A stretch of DNA of 64,000 nt from the human T2T-CHM13v2.0 reference genome, Homo sapiens. A model generated the notes under the pieces. The model made no database searches. It had not been told where the DNA came from and saw only the letters and a program-made list of their open reading frames with translations. The stretch lies in the NCBI RefSeq assembly GCF_009914755.1, contig NC_060936.1; one strand, given 5' to 3'. Position numbers and translations under genes: made by a program. Shown here piece by piece: positions 15,825 through 28,514 of the stretch (positions within the stretch are counted from its first letter, which is position 1; each line of letters starts with the position of its first letter).

Positions 15825-16008
15825 GTAAGGGCCTTGGGAGACAGGGCGGGTGTCCATGGCCCAGGGGAATGGGGAGGCTGAGGGGACATGTGACTGACAT
15901 TAGCAGCTGGTCTTGATTCTTGAGCCTTTTTGTAGGATTTCCAAAGCTTGCTTCTAAGAAGAAATGCCTCTAAGAGTCAAAAATATTTTCGTGAAAACTT
16001 CACAGTTC

Positions 16009-16604
16009 CGGGCGGCTGGGACTACAGGCGCCCGCCACCACGCCGGGCTAATTTTTTGTATTTTTGGTAGAGACCGGGTTTCACTGTGTTAGCCTGGACG
16101 GTCTGGATCTCCTGACCTTGTGATCCGGTCTCGATATCCTGACCTCGTGATCCGCCTGCCTTGACCTCCCAAGGTACTGGGATTGCAGGCGTGAGCCACC
16201 GCACCCGGCCACTGTTTTTAAATTTTAAAATATACAATTAAATTGTTATTTACTATAGGGTTATTTTTATGGTCATAATACAAATTATATGTGAGTATAA
16301 ATAAAATTCATTTCTAAACTCTTAATATTTTTTCAAAATTGTTATATATTTTTGTTTGAACATGTGGCCTGTCTGCCTGCAAACACACAGACTTTTTGAT
16401 TCACATAGAGTTAAATATATATTAGTCTAAAGACAAACTTTAGGTGTAAGAAAATTATGGAATAAGTGTGTGTGTGTGAGTATGAGTTTGTACCTATTTT
16501 CAGAAGAAAAGAACAATATGGGAATGAAAATCATTTTAATAAGGTGGCTACTATAAAACCAAAAACCTAAAAACTGAAAGCAAATGTAAAAAAAAAAAAG
16601 AAAA
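16009..16604 (+). mobile_element. Retroposed transcript 3' fragment: antisense partial Alu, AT-rich UTR-like sequence and poly(A)
   Basis: Perfect 16-bp TSD GAAAACTTCACAGTTC at 15993-16008 and 16605-16620; A-tail at 16588-16604. Confidence 0.85.
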
Positions 16605-16925
16605 GAAAACTTCACAGTTCTGACCCCCTAAAATCAATACTATAATAGGTAAAACCCCTTGCTAGAGAATTAGCCAATCTTTTTGATCAAATTCATCAGT
16701 TTTCCAGTTTCTTGTGGGTTTTCTTCAAGTGGTCTTCATTCATAAATTTTTCCTCCCATGAAACTACTTCTACAGAGTAGCTTTTTCTCTGAGAATAAAG
16801 AAATCTTTTTCTTCTGCATTCGTGGTTGTCTATATATATTTCTAAAGTTGTTAGGTAAGGAAGAATGCTATTTCTGTTCTAAGTGTGAGGCTAGAGCAGA
16901 CCTTTCTCTTTGGTTGATTTCCTAG

Positions 16926-17061
16926 ACACACCATCTCAGCGTGTTCAGTTCATTCTTGGCACCGAGGAAGATGAAGAGCATGTGCCTCATGAGCTGTTTA
17001 CAGAGCTGGATGAGATCTGTATGAAAGAGGGAGAAGATGCTGAGTGGAAGGAAACAGCCAG
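16926..17061 (+). CDS. SLC4A8: SLC4A8 exon 4 (DTPSQRVQFILG...WKETA)
   Basis: cctag|ACACAC ... GCCAG|gtgagg; 136 nt. Confidence 0.96.
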
Positions 17062-18340
17062 GTGAGGCCCTAAAATGGCCTGCATCAAGATCTGCTTGGG
17101 TAGGCAAATGTGTACCCTTCAGCAAGTGACAGGCCTGCCTGCCTTATTTCTTCTTGGGAGAAGCTGTGACTGACATGGGGACTGACATTCCAGTGTCTCC
17201 TGTGGAGAATTTTGGTGTTGGCATCTTTATGATGTCTTTGGTGTTACCTATGCCAGTTGACCTGGAGCATGGGATTGGTGAAATAACATGGGATATTCAG
17301 GGGGGCCCCTCTCATTTGTTTGGGGCTCAGAGTAAGTTTATGGGCTATCTTGGTATTATTATAGGTCTGACTTAGAAGATGTAGACAGGGCCACCTTGGT
17401 GGGGACCTAGTTTAGCAGACATAGCATAGGTCCAGACTTCTTCTGCAGGTGAACCACAGGGTTCAAATTCACCAGCAGTCACAGAGTTTTTGAGACTTTA
17501 ACTTCCTCTGGGACAATTCAAGCTATCTAGAGACCCTTGGGATTATATCCAGCCTGACTGTAGGCTTCCGGAAGTGGTTGTAGAATAATTATGCTTCTCT
17601 GAGACTCAAATCCCAGAAGAGCCCTCAGGATAACCAAGGACATGTCTAGGGTCCTCTAGTAACTGACCAGTGAACCTTACGGATGATGCCTGAGCTTTGG
17701 GGAAGGAGCGAGATGGGTAATTAGCAAAGCATGGCTTCAGCTCTCACTGAAACAGCTCTTGCTGGGTGCCTGCTGTATTGTGAATGTTATGGGCTGAGAG
17801 ATTCAAACAGGCCAATTGACCTGGTACCAAGTGAAAAGGCAATTAGTCTTTTGTTATTCCATCTTGGCAAACTTCTAAAGGTCACACAGGACAATGATAA
17901 AAAGAAAAATATCATTTTATTAATGTGGTTTGTCAATGTATCCAAATGATATAGATTAAATCTATTTTTTTAATTGTACAGGTAATGCATGCTCATTATA
18001 GAAAGTTTAAGAATAAAGATAAGCAAAAAGAAGAAAAAAATTATCTGTAATTCCACAACTGCAGGGTTAATGAGGAATATAATATTTGGTGTCTTATACA
18101 TGTATGTATTTGACTTTTAGAATTTTCTTTAAATAAGAATGGAATTAAACTATACTCAATCTTGCAGTGTTCTATTACCTGCTTTTTTCACTTATCAATG
18201 TACCCTGAACATACAGATTAGATTTTACAATGTTCAGTATGACTATCCAGATATCTTCCTCTGTGGCTCACATCGAAGATTCTCTCTTAAAAATTCCTCA
18301 TTTTCTATCTTTGGCATCTAGTTATTTGTAATGCTTTCAG

Positions 18341-18501
18341 GTGGCTGAAGTTTGAAGAAGATGTTGAAGATGGGGGAGAACGCTGGAGCAAGCCTTATGT
18401 GGCAACCCTTTCATTGCACAGCCTGTTTGAGCTAAGGAGCTGCCTTATTAATGGAACAGTCCTCCTGGATATGCATGCAAATAGCATAGAAGAAATTTCA
18501 G
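18341..18501 (+). CDS. SLC4A8: SLC4A8 exon 5 ([16 protein letters not shown]...IEEIS)
   Basis: tttcag|GTGGCT ... TTCAG|gtaagg; 161 nt. Confidence 0.97.
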
Positions 18502-18819
18502 GTAAGGTTGGGGAAGGGAAAACAGAGCAACTTTCTTATAAATTTAAGAAGTGTGGGAAAAAAGGAGTGTGGCGTGACAGAAAGAATACAGTGGGTTGTG
18601 TGTCCTTGGGCAAGCCACAACCTTCCTGGCCTCAATGTCCTTGGCTGTGGGAAGGGTTTCAGGCTAATAAACGACTCTACCTACTTCACAGGTGTATTAT
18701 GGTATTCAAATGACATGGTGTTAAGTTTCCATTTGTCTGTTTATTCAGCAAATGTTTTATTTTGTATCTGCTATATACTTGATAATGTGCTAGGCATGGG
18801 GTTATGAATAAAGTTCCCT

Positions 18820-20088
18820 CGGGTGCAGTGGCTCACACCTGTAATCCCAGCACTTCGGGATGCCAAGGTGGGTGGATAACTTGAGCTCAGGAGTTCCAGG
18901 CCAGCCTGGTCAACATGGTGAAACCCTGTCTCTACAAAAAATACAAAAATTAGCCAGGCATGGTGGCTCATACCTGTAGTCCCAATTATTCAAGAGGCTC
19001 AGGCACGAGGATCACTTGAGCCTGGCAGGTCAAGGCTGCGGTGAGTCAAGATTGTGCCACTGCACTCCAGCCTAGGTAGCAGAGTGAGTGTAGGGGTGGG
19101 TTGCCCCTACACACCTGTGGGTGTTTCTCATAAGGTGGGACGAGAGATTTGGAAAAGAAAAAGACACAGAGACAAAGTATAGAGAAAGAAATAAGGGGAC
19201 CCGGGGAACCAGCGTTCAGCATATGGAGGATCCCGCCAGCCTCTGAGTTCCCTTAGTATTTATTGATCATCTGTGGGTGTTTCTCAAAGAGGGGGATGTG
19301 TCAGGGTCACAAGACAATTGTGGGGAGAGGGTCAGCAGACAAACACGTGAACAAAGGTCTTTGCATCATAGACAATGTAAAGGATTAAGTGCTGTGCTTT
19401 TAGATATGCATACACATAAACATCTCAATGCTTTACAAAGCAGTATTGCTGCCCGCAGGTCCCACCTCCAGCCCTAAGGCGGTTTTTCCCTATCTCAGTA
19501 GATGGAGCATACAATCGGGTTTTATACCGAGACATTCCATTGCCCAGGGACAGGCAGGAGACAGATGCCTTCCTCTTGTCTCAACTGCAAGAGGCATTCC
19601 TTCCTCTTTTACTAATCCTCCTCAGCACAGACCCTTTACGGGTGTCGGGCTGGGGGACGGTCAGGTCTTTCCCTTCCCACGAGGCCATATTTCAGACTAT
19701 CACATGGGGAGAAACCTTGGACAATACCTGGCTTTCCTAGGCAGAGGTCCCTGCGGCCTTCCGCAGTTTTTGTGTCCCTGGGTACTTGAGATTAGGGAGT
19801 GGTGATGACTCTTAAGGAGCATGCTGCCTTCAAGCATCTGTTTAACAAAGCACATCTTGCACCGCCCTTAATCCATTTAACTCTGAGTTGACACAGCACA
19901 CGTTTCAGAGAGCACGGGGTTGGGGGTAAGGTTATAGATTAACAGAATCTCAAGGCAGAAGAATTTTTCTTAGCACATAACAAAATGGAGTCTCCTATGT
20001 CTACTTCTTTCTACACAGACACAGTAACAATCTGATCTCTCTTGCTTTTCCCCACAGTGAGACCCTGTCTCTTAAAAAAAAAAAAAAA
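18820..20088 (+). mobile_element. Alu split by the LTR5_Hs (18820-19088 and 20057-20088)
   Basis: The Alu resumes after the LTR as gtgagaccctgtctc plus an A-tail. Confidence 0.92.
19089..20056 (-). mobile_element. HERV-K(HML-2) LTR5_Hs solo LTR inserted inside an Alu
   Basis: 968 bp. The minus strand starts TGTGGGGAAAAGCAAGAGAGATCAGATTGTTAC and ends CAACCCACCCCTACA. 5-bp TSD GTGAG (19084-19088 and 20057-20061). Minus-strand TATAAAA at 19520-19526 and AATAAA at 19259-19264. Confidence 0.97.
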
Positions 20089-22148
20089 GTAAAAGAAAGA
20101 AACGGTTCCTACCTTCAAGGAGCTCGCCTTCAAGTGGGGGAAATAGCCATGGAAATAACAATTAAAAAAAGTGCAACGACAGAGACATGCTTGATAATAA
20201 TTAGAGAAAGGGGCAACTGGAAGTTGTGTGGAAAAAAGGAGTAAAGAGAATTAAAGACTTTAAAATATAGCATCTAGGGCAGATATTCAGGAACTTGAGC
20301 CAAAGTGCCCCTACCTCTTCAGTAAGATGTGAAGGGGAGATATCTGATTGTTCTTCCTGATGTGATTGAGTGTTAAGTTATTATGTTTGGGGCCTGAATG
20401 GAGAAACACCTGGATGCATGGGGGAGTTTTCTCTTGAATTGATTCTGTTTGGCTGGACAGGTTAAGAAATATTTCTCCAAATCTTTCTCTATTTCAAGTA
20501 TCCAAGTCATTCTGTCTCTCTGGGATCATAGGAGGACCCAGGGGAGGGGTAAGCACTGATGGGACATTGGGCCCCCCTCTTTTTCAGGGAGGTACCCCAG
20601 AAGTATCACTCTGACTGCCTGGGAAAAATGAAATTCTCATGTTCATCATTGGAGTCACATTTTGCTAACTTTTGACTATTTGTCTGAAATCCCATGAATG
20701 TTCCTTAAAAGGTTGTTTGTTAGGGAGAAGAATCCCTGGGAGCTATTGAAGCTGTTTAAAACTCTTTGTAAACAACAGCAGTCACGGGAGAGTTTTGGAC
20801 AGGGTAATGATCAATCAGATTTTGCATATTAGAAAGATAATGATGGCAGCAATATGGAGGGTGAGTTGATGGGAGAAATGCATTAGGCTATTGCAGTAGT
20901 TCAGGTGAGATCACCTGCACTGTGGGCAGTGTCAGTAAGGGATGGATAATTTTTCTTCTGATAACTTTAAGTGATAAGAGAGACAGGAGGTGATAGAGGG
21001 AGACATGAGGTGGATGTTCTTTTTTTTCCCCCAAGATGAAGAGTCCTGAAGCATGATTATAATATAGGGGGAAGGAAACAATGAATATAAAGGTTAAAAA
21101 TACAGAAATATGGCTCTTCAGCTTGAATATTAAATAGATTTTCCTCATTTATTTCTTCTAGTACTTGAATAGTCATGAATAGAATTAGAAATTGAGGATA
21201 GGTTCAGATTTTTGGGAGGCTTTTGAAGAAGTGCATAGGACTGAAGTAAAAGTGCTATGATTCTTCACATCAGGTACCTAATATGTTCATAATATTTTAG
21301 GGATACTGATAGGTAAAGTGCCTAAAAGGAAATCAGCACTGTATATCATCTCATTTAATTTCCTGTAACAACCTTTTAACAGATAATATGAGCTCCATGT
21401 TACAGATGAAGAACTGAGGTATAGAGAGATTATATACCTTGCTCAAGATCACACAGCTAAAAAGTGGTAGAACAGGGAAACAATGTGGGCCTTTAACTCC
21501 AGAACTCATACTGATAACTGCTATGTTTACTGCCACTTAACACTAGGTATTGAGATTTTTTTCCTCCTCAAATCTGTTGGGCTTGATAGGTTTAAATGTG
21601 ATGCTTGGTGGTAATTGTCTGGGGTGAGTGGTTAGTTAACTTAATTTTTCTTATAGATTTCTCTTCTAAATAGCCCTTTGGAGTTCTACAGTTATAGTTC
21701 TTCTTGACAATTACAGCAATGTTAAAATCTTGGAGGAAGGGAATGTAGGGGAAATTTGGCAGATGACAGAACAAAGCAGGTAATAATGTGAGCTTTCAAA
21801 TTATACAGTCCTCAATTTGAATCCCAGCTGTGCAAACTGCTAGATGTAAGACCTTGGAGAATTTTCTAGCATTTGGGCCTTAATTTCCTCATTTGTAAAA
21901 ATTGTTGTACTAGTGCTCAATAGTTTCTATGCCCAATAAGAATAATTTGTTACATGAATAAAGTATAACTTTTCACAGTCACTATCATCAAATGGCACTT
22001 TCAGACAGGAAGCTGAAATTGCACCTCAATGACCCTAGTGGAGCTGCTTCCCCCTACTCCATGCCCTTTACCCCACTCCACCTGATGTTGGCCTTCTTGG
22101 GTTCATTAACCCTCAATCTGAGTGTTCATGTGAGTGCCTACTTTCCAG

Positions 22149-22337
22149 ACCTGATCCTGGATCAGCAAGAACTGTCCAGTGACCTGAATGACAGCATGAG
22201 GGTTAAAGTGCGGGAAGCCCTTCTCAAAAAGCATCATCATCAGAATGAAAAGAAGAGAAACAACCTCATTCCCATTGTTCGCTCCTTTGCTGAGGTTGGC
22301 AAGAAGCAGTCTGATCCTCATTTGATGGATAAACATG
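22149..22337 (+). CDS. SLC4A8: SLC4A8 exon 6 (DLILDQQ...LMDKH)
   Basis: ttccag|ACCTGA ... CATG|gtaaga; 189 nt. Confidence 0.96.
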
Positions 22338-23356
22338 GTAAGATTATTAGGTGATTTTTCTCTCTTTATTAATAAGACATTGGGAACTAGTTGGAGATGC
22401 TGACTTACTAGGGGTGGGGGCTGTATTTGTCTAATATGTTTCCATGTCCACTTAGGCACTTAGTACTTTTTGGAGACTGGTAAGATTGGTGGCTGGGACT
22501 GGTGCTCATCTCTCTCTCACGGCATTCCTCAGATAGGTCTCAGCGGACCCAAGGTGAGGGACTTATGCCCCAGGGTGGCCTCAGAACTGATGTAGCTTTT
22601 GAGAGATAGCCACATTGGGGACAATTTGAGACCCGAGAAGGTAAACTGGAGCTTTTTAGGAGCAAACAAATATCTTAGATTAGGGAGGCAAAATACAGTA
22701 GAGTAGGCTCTGGAGTCAGACTTGTAGGCTTGTGATTGTGGCTTTACCACTCACAAAATGTATGACTTTGGGCACTCTACTAAGCCTCTTTAAGTCTCAC
22801 TTTCTTACCTATAAAGTAAGAGTAATAATAGGACCTACTCCACCTACTCCATTTATTGTGAACTTCAATGAGTTAATCCATGTGAGGCCCTTAGCCAGAT
22901 GCATGGTGGATTATAATCACTCAGAATTTTGGCTACTGATTGGTTCCTTTTCCTGTGGCCAGGAAGGGTCTCATCTACATTTATTTCCTGGTCTCTACTC
23001 ATAGTGAATCACCATGTGCAGGGGATATGCCTGGGAATCTATATTTTTGAAAAGTTTTCCATAGGGGTCTCTCATATGCATGTCTGGTGAAGGATTACTG
23101 CCTTAATAGAGAAATAAAAGAGGGTCATAAATGTGTTCAGAAAGAAGGTGCAGAAGTAGCAAGAGCTCTGTCCTTTCCTTACCACTAACTAGTAGATAAG
23201 GAGAAAGATGTGTGTGGGTCTTGACTTCGTAGTCATCTTAACCTCTTTTCTAGATAGGCTTTGCAGGAGAAGGCAGAACCAACTGATGATGGGTGGGATG
23301 TGTCAGAAGGGGAAAAGGGCAGGGACTCAGGATTTTGTTTTATTTTCTCCAAATAG

Positions 23357-23448
23357 GTCAAACCGTGTCTCCTCAGTCTGTTCCAACTACAAATCTTGAA
23401 GTAAAAAATGGAGTGAATTGTGAACATAGTCCTGTGGATTTAAGCAAG
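23357..23448 (+). CDS. SLC4A8: SLC4A8 exon 7 (GQTVSPQ...VDLSK)
   Basis: aaatag|GTCAAA ... CAAG|gtgagc; 92 nt. Confidence 0.95.
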
Positions 23449-24385
23449 GTGAGCAGAGTGGTGGGAAGTTGGCTTCAAGGCCTAAGGTTCCTTTTAGTGG
23501 AATCCAGAGTTTAATTGCTGGAATTTGGGTAAGGTTTAGTGTTTCAAGACTCTTTCCCTAAGACTAGAGCCCTTTCTGCATAAAAGGGGGCCCATCTCTG
23601 CATGTCTTTTCCCTTCTCCTTCAGCCTGGATGAAGCTGACTCAACAGTTTCTTTCTCCAGATTCAACATACTGAAAACTGGGACTAGCTGCTTAGAATCT
23701 TCCCTAAAACAGATCTCTTGATTTTTCAATTATTTTTTTGGTACCTGCTCTCCAGCAGTTCCTTCTCACCCCCAAGGGTTTTGCCAAAACAATATTTTGG
23801 ATATCTATTTAGAGACAGATGTCTCCTAAAACTAACTCTTGGTTGAAGCTCTCCTTGAGGACTGTGACTTTGGTATCTGAGGCCTTCTGTAGCAGCAGTG
23901 TCTCACTGCAGCTTATGGTCCAAGCCTTGGTCTCCCTGCCTCCAGCCTCTCCTTGCTCTGGTCTATCTTTGACACTGTGTTTCTAAAACACAGATAGTGT
24001 CATATCACTTCCTCTGCTCATAAGGCTTCCCATTTTATTTGGAAAACCTGAAACCCCCGACAAAACATTTGAGTGTTTAAAAAGGGAAAGAATGTGACCC
24101 AGAGCTTCAGAAACATTTCTCTTGGAGGAAGCTTGGGGGAATGGGATTGAAATCAGAATACCTGATTTTAAAATCCGAACCTATACCTTAAAAGCTCTGT
24201 GGTCCTGGGCAAGTCAACTTCACCTCTCTGGGTTTCAGATACTTCATTTTTTTTTTTTCTTTAAGTGGGACGAATACAATCTGTCATATCCTCCTTCTGG
24301 GGTTTTTGTAAGGATCAAATAAAATAAGAAAACATTTGCTAACCATAAAATGACATATGAGTGTAAGATATATTTTAGGTGATGG

Positions 24386-24690
24386 GGCCAGGTGCAGTGG
24401 CTAACGCCTGTAATCTCAGCACTTTTGGAGGCTGAGGCGGGTGGATCACATGAGGCCAGGAGTTTGAGACTAGACTGGCGAAAATGGCAAGACCCCATCT
24501 CTACTAAAAATACAGAAAAATTAGCTGGACATGGTGGTGCATGCCTGTAATTCCAGCTACTAGGGAGCCTGAAACACAAGAATTGCTTGAACCTGGCAGC
24601 AGAGAGCTGTGAGCTGAGATTGCGCCACTGCACTCCAGAGTGGGTGATGTAGTGAGACTCTGTCTCAAAAAAAAGTAAATAAAAAATTTA
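24386..24690 (+). mobile_element. Alu (S-type)
   Basis: Full dimer ending about 60 nt before exon 8. Confidence 0.9.
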
Positions 24691-24748
24691 AAAACGATAT
24701 TTAAGGTGGTGGTTCCCAAGTTGTCAGATGTTTCTTTTGGACTTTCAG

Positions 24749-24906
24749 GTAGACCTTCATTTCATGAAAAAAATTCCTACTGGGGCCGAGGCCTCCAATG
24801 TCCTGGTTGGAGAGGTGGATATTTTGGACCGTCCCATTGTTGCCTTTGTGAGGCTGTCTCCAGCTGTTCTTCTCTCAGGCCTAACAGAAGTGCCAATCCC
24901 AACAAG
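24749..24906 (+). CDS. SLC4A8: SLC4A8 exon 8 ([10 protein letters not shown]...EVPIPT)
   Basis: tttcag|GTAGAC ... ACAAG|gtaaag; 158 nt. Confidence 0.96.
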
Positions 24907-25037
24907 GTAAAGGCAAAGATAAAACTCATGCATTCTATCCAAAATTCAAATTTATGTAGTGCTGGTAGAAGAAACCACTTAATACTGAAATTTAGAATTA
25001 ATTAATTTTAGGAATGGTGTTTACAATTCAGCAGAAA

Positions 25038-25205
25038 AGCCAGATGTGCTGGTGTGTGCCTCTAATTCCAGCTACTAGAGAGGCTGAGGTGGGGGATTAC
25101 TTGAGCCCAGGAGTTTGAGCCTGCAGTGAGCTAGAATCCTAGGATAGCACCATGGCACCCCAGTGTGGGTGACAGAGTGAGACCCTGTCTTTTTAAAAAA
25201 AAAAT
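25038..25205 (+). mobile_element. Alu monomer (FRAM-like)
   Basis: Right-arm sequence with A-tail. Confidence 0.8.
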
Positions 25206-26000
25206 CAGCAGTAATCTCAGAAAATTGAGGTATATTTGATTAACCACCATGAAGAGGAATTCTGAGATTTATTTCTAAGGCTATGACTGCACAGTATCTA
25301 TAGCCTTGGAAATAGAGAATTGAAGACCATTCAAAGGACATAGCAAGGGCCAATAACTTGTTAAAATAGGAAGCCAAGTCTTATCTTCTCAGTTCTGTAG
25401 AGCCATATTCCAGGGGAACGTCTCTGAATAAAGGTATTTGTTTCCCTTTGCACAATTCTGGCATGGTTTGTATGGTTTGCAGATATGCAAACATTTGTTC
25501 AAAAGGCTATTCATGCGCTCTGAAGGTGGTGATGCTGGTGATTCAGAGCCCTGCTACTTACAGAGAGTATTCAGATGTCCAGAACACATTTAGACTCCTC
25601 TGTAAGGCTTGATCATTTCAACTTCCTTATCCCTCTCCTCTCCCCATCATTTTCTGATTAGAACAATAAGTGGAATTCAGACAACCTTGAATTTGCACCA
25701 CAGTGCCATGTTTTGAAAAAGCATCTTTTCTACAGCTAGGAATTGTGTCTATGGAAACCCTAAGAAATGTAATCACATTATTGAATGATGCCGCACAATA
25801 GCTTCCAATGCCCATAGTGGAGCTATTATTAGGTCAAGGCAACTCAAAGTGCTCCTTCATTACTGTCTTCTTTTTTTTTTTTGAAGGTACAGTGATGATT
25901 TATGTACGATAAGAGAGAGAAATCTTATACTGTTTAGAGAGGACTAATGGCACTTCTTTATATTTACTTACATAATTTCCTCCTCTGTGTGTTTTGCCAG

Positions 26001-26088
26001 ATTTTTGTTTATCTTATTGGGTCCAGTAGGGAAAGGTCAGCAGTACCATGAGATTGGCAGATCCATGGCCACCATCATGACAGATGAG
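26001..26088 (+). CDS. SLC4A8: SLC4A8 exon 9 (RFLFILLGP...IMTDE)
   Basis: tgccag|ATTTTT ... TGAG|gtatgt; 88 nt. Confidence 0.96.
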
Positions 26089-27107
26089 GTATGTGCAACT
26101 TTTGCTTCAGTCTTCCATCTCATAAATATTTATTGAATATTTACTCTGTGCCAGGCAATATGCTAGTTATTGGGGATAAAATACTTTCCATTGCAATATC
26201 TGCTGGGAAGTAGTTCAGGGTACTTCTCTGAGAGCCCAGTGTGGAAGGACCAAGCTCTAGAGGATTTTTCTTCCTATGTTATCTCTCCTTTTTTGAGTAA
26301 TCAAGAATGCAGAGAAATCTTTTTCTGGGGAAACTATTATTGCCAAGTAGGATATATAGAGAAATATATTAAGGTTGGCTTAACTTTCAAGAGAAGATGG
26401 TTAATTAAATACATTCAAGCTATTTACATAAAGAAACCTCACTCCTGTTCCACTAAATGAGACCAGTTTGTATAAGGTCATGGGTGTGACCTCAGGCAGT
26501 GTAGTGTGAATGTCTTGACTAGTCTGTACCAAAACAACCAGATATTTTGACATTTTGACATTGAACCCACAGTGCATACTCTGGTAAGGACTGCACTGCT
26601 CGGTAAGCTGCAAAGTAGGGCTTTCAAGGCATATGCCTTAGGCGGCAGAGGGAGGTGTGGCCTGTTTTTTATCAGCTTTCTTTGATTGAGAGGCTTAATT
26701 CAGGAAGGACCTTCATTAGTAATTCCATCCAGTGTTTCCGACCTTTAAGATCAAGAAAATTTCCCTCTCAACGTGGGAAAGCTGATTAAAAATTTTTTTT
26801 TTCATATATCTTGCCTTTCCTTCCATCCTTTGTGGAGATAACATAATTGTACAACTTTAGACTCATGTCTTATCTCTTCTTATACTAGCAGACATGTATT
26901 TAGTTCTTTTAATGCATCTCATTTCCACGCTTGTTTTTTAAATCCTTTTATCCTTGCACTTCTCTAAGTGCTAAAGTTTTCTGCATCTCAGATCCCCATG
27001 ACAGAGATAAAAATCAACAGGTTGTATTCATTTTTCACCATATCCATTGGTGATTGTTTCATGTAAAGTTACTTTTAACTTTCCTGAGGGTTTTCTCTTC
27101 TCTGTAG

Positions 27108-27254
27108 ATTTTTCATGACGTAGCATATAAGGCAAAAGAGCGAGATGATCTCCTGGCGGGGATTGATGAGTTCCTAGACCAGGTGACGGTGCTCCCTCCA
27201 GGAGAGTGGGATCCCTCCATTAGAATTGAGCCACCCAAAAATGTCCCTTCCCAG
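27108..27254 (+). CDS. SLC4A8: SLC4A8 exon 10 ([10 protein letters not shown]...VPSQ)
   Basis: ctgtag|ATTTTT ... CCAG|gtaatg; 147 nt. Confidence 0.96.
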
Positions 27255-27377
27255 GTAATGTATGCACATCAGCCAATGTGGCTATTGTCACTTACTGACT
27301 GCCCACCATGGACAAAGCAAAGACCATGTGGGTATATGCTAAATATATCAAGATGCAGCTCTGTTTTGGTGCACCTA

Positions 27378-27836
<459 letters not shown>

Positions 27837-28208
27837 CTACATTGTATACAAGTCATCAAATGAAAAAAGCAAGTTATATAGAGAGAGCAGATAGAATGTC
27901 TGATATTTTTCTGACATATTAGAGATGGGAAAGGAACTCCTACTGTGTATTAGACAGCAGCCAGGTGCTTTATATATGCAAATTCAGCCTTCCCAGGAAC
28001 ATCCCTCAAAAGATATTGTTATCTCTAGTTTTACAAAATGAGGAATAAAACTGTCTTCTAGGGCAAGATTTTAAGGTAAAGTAAGATTACACAGAGGCAG
28101 ATATGAAACTGGAACTTAGGTCATATCTAATGCCAAAGCCCCATTTTTCTCTTTCTAGGCAAGGCTTAGTTAGGAGTCAGGTACTATGGAACAGGAAGAG
28201 AAATTATG

Positions 28209-28210
<2 letters not shown>

Positions 28211-28250
<40 letters not shown>
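28211..28250. repeat. (GT)20 microsatellite
   Basis: Perfect repeat 163 nt upstream of exon 11. Confidence 0.97.
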
Positions 28251-28252
<2 letters not shown>

Positions 28253-28413
28253 CGGTAAAGTCAATAAACTGCATCAAGTCAGTAAGTGTATTTGAAAGCT
28301 ACAAACACGGGCATTTTTGGTTGCTTTTGGGTTATCCCATTCCCACTCCCTGCTGATAGCAGGACGAAAAGATAGATGTTACCTTTACTAATTTTGTGGT
28401 CTTCTGTTAAAAG

Positions 28414-28514
28414 GAGAAAAGGAAAATGCCTGGAGTTCCAAATGGAAATGTTTGCCACATAGAACAGGAACCACATGGGGGTCACAGTGGGCCAGAACTT
28501 CAGCGCACTGGGCG
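28414..28514 (+). CDS. SLC4A8: SLC4A8 exon 11 (EKRKMPGVPNG...ELQRTG)
   Basis: taaaag|GAGAAA ... GGCG|gtaagt; 101 nt. Confidence 0.94.

Noticed and set aside
19277-19805. Overlapping ORFs within the LTR
   Set aside because: Chance antisense frames in a solo LTR; no gag, pol or env sequence is present.
22495-22590. SRHS/GEG peptide resembling the SLC4A7 N-terminal cassette in intron 6
   Set aside because: The match is too short and out of order, and there are no convincing splice sites.
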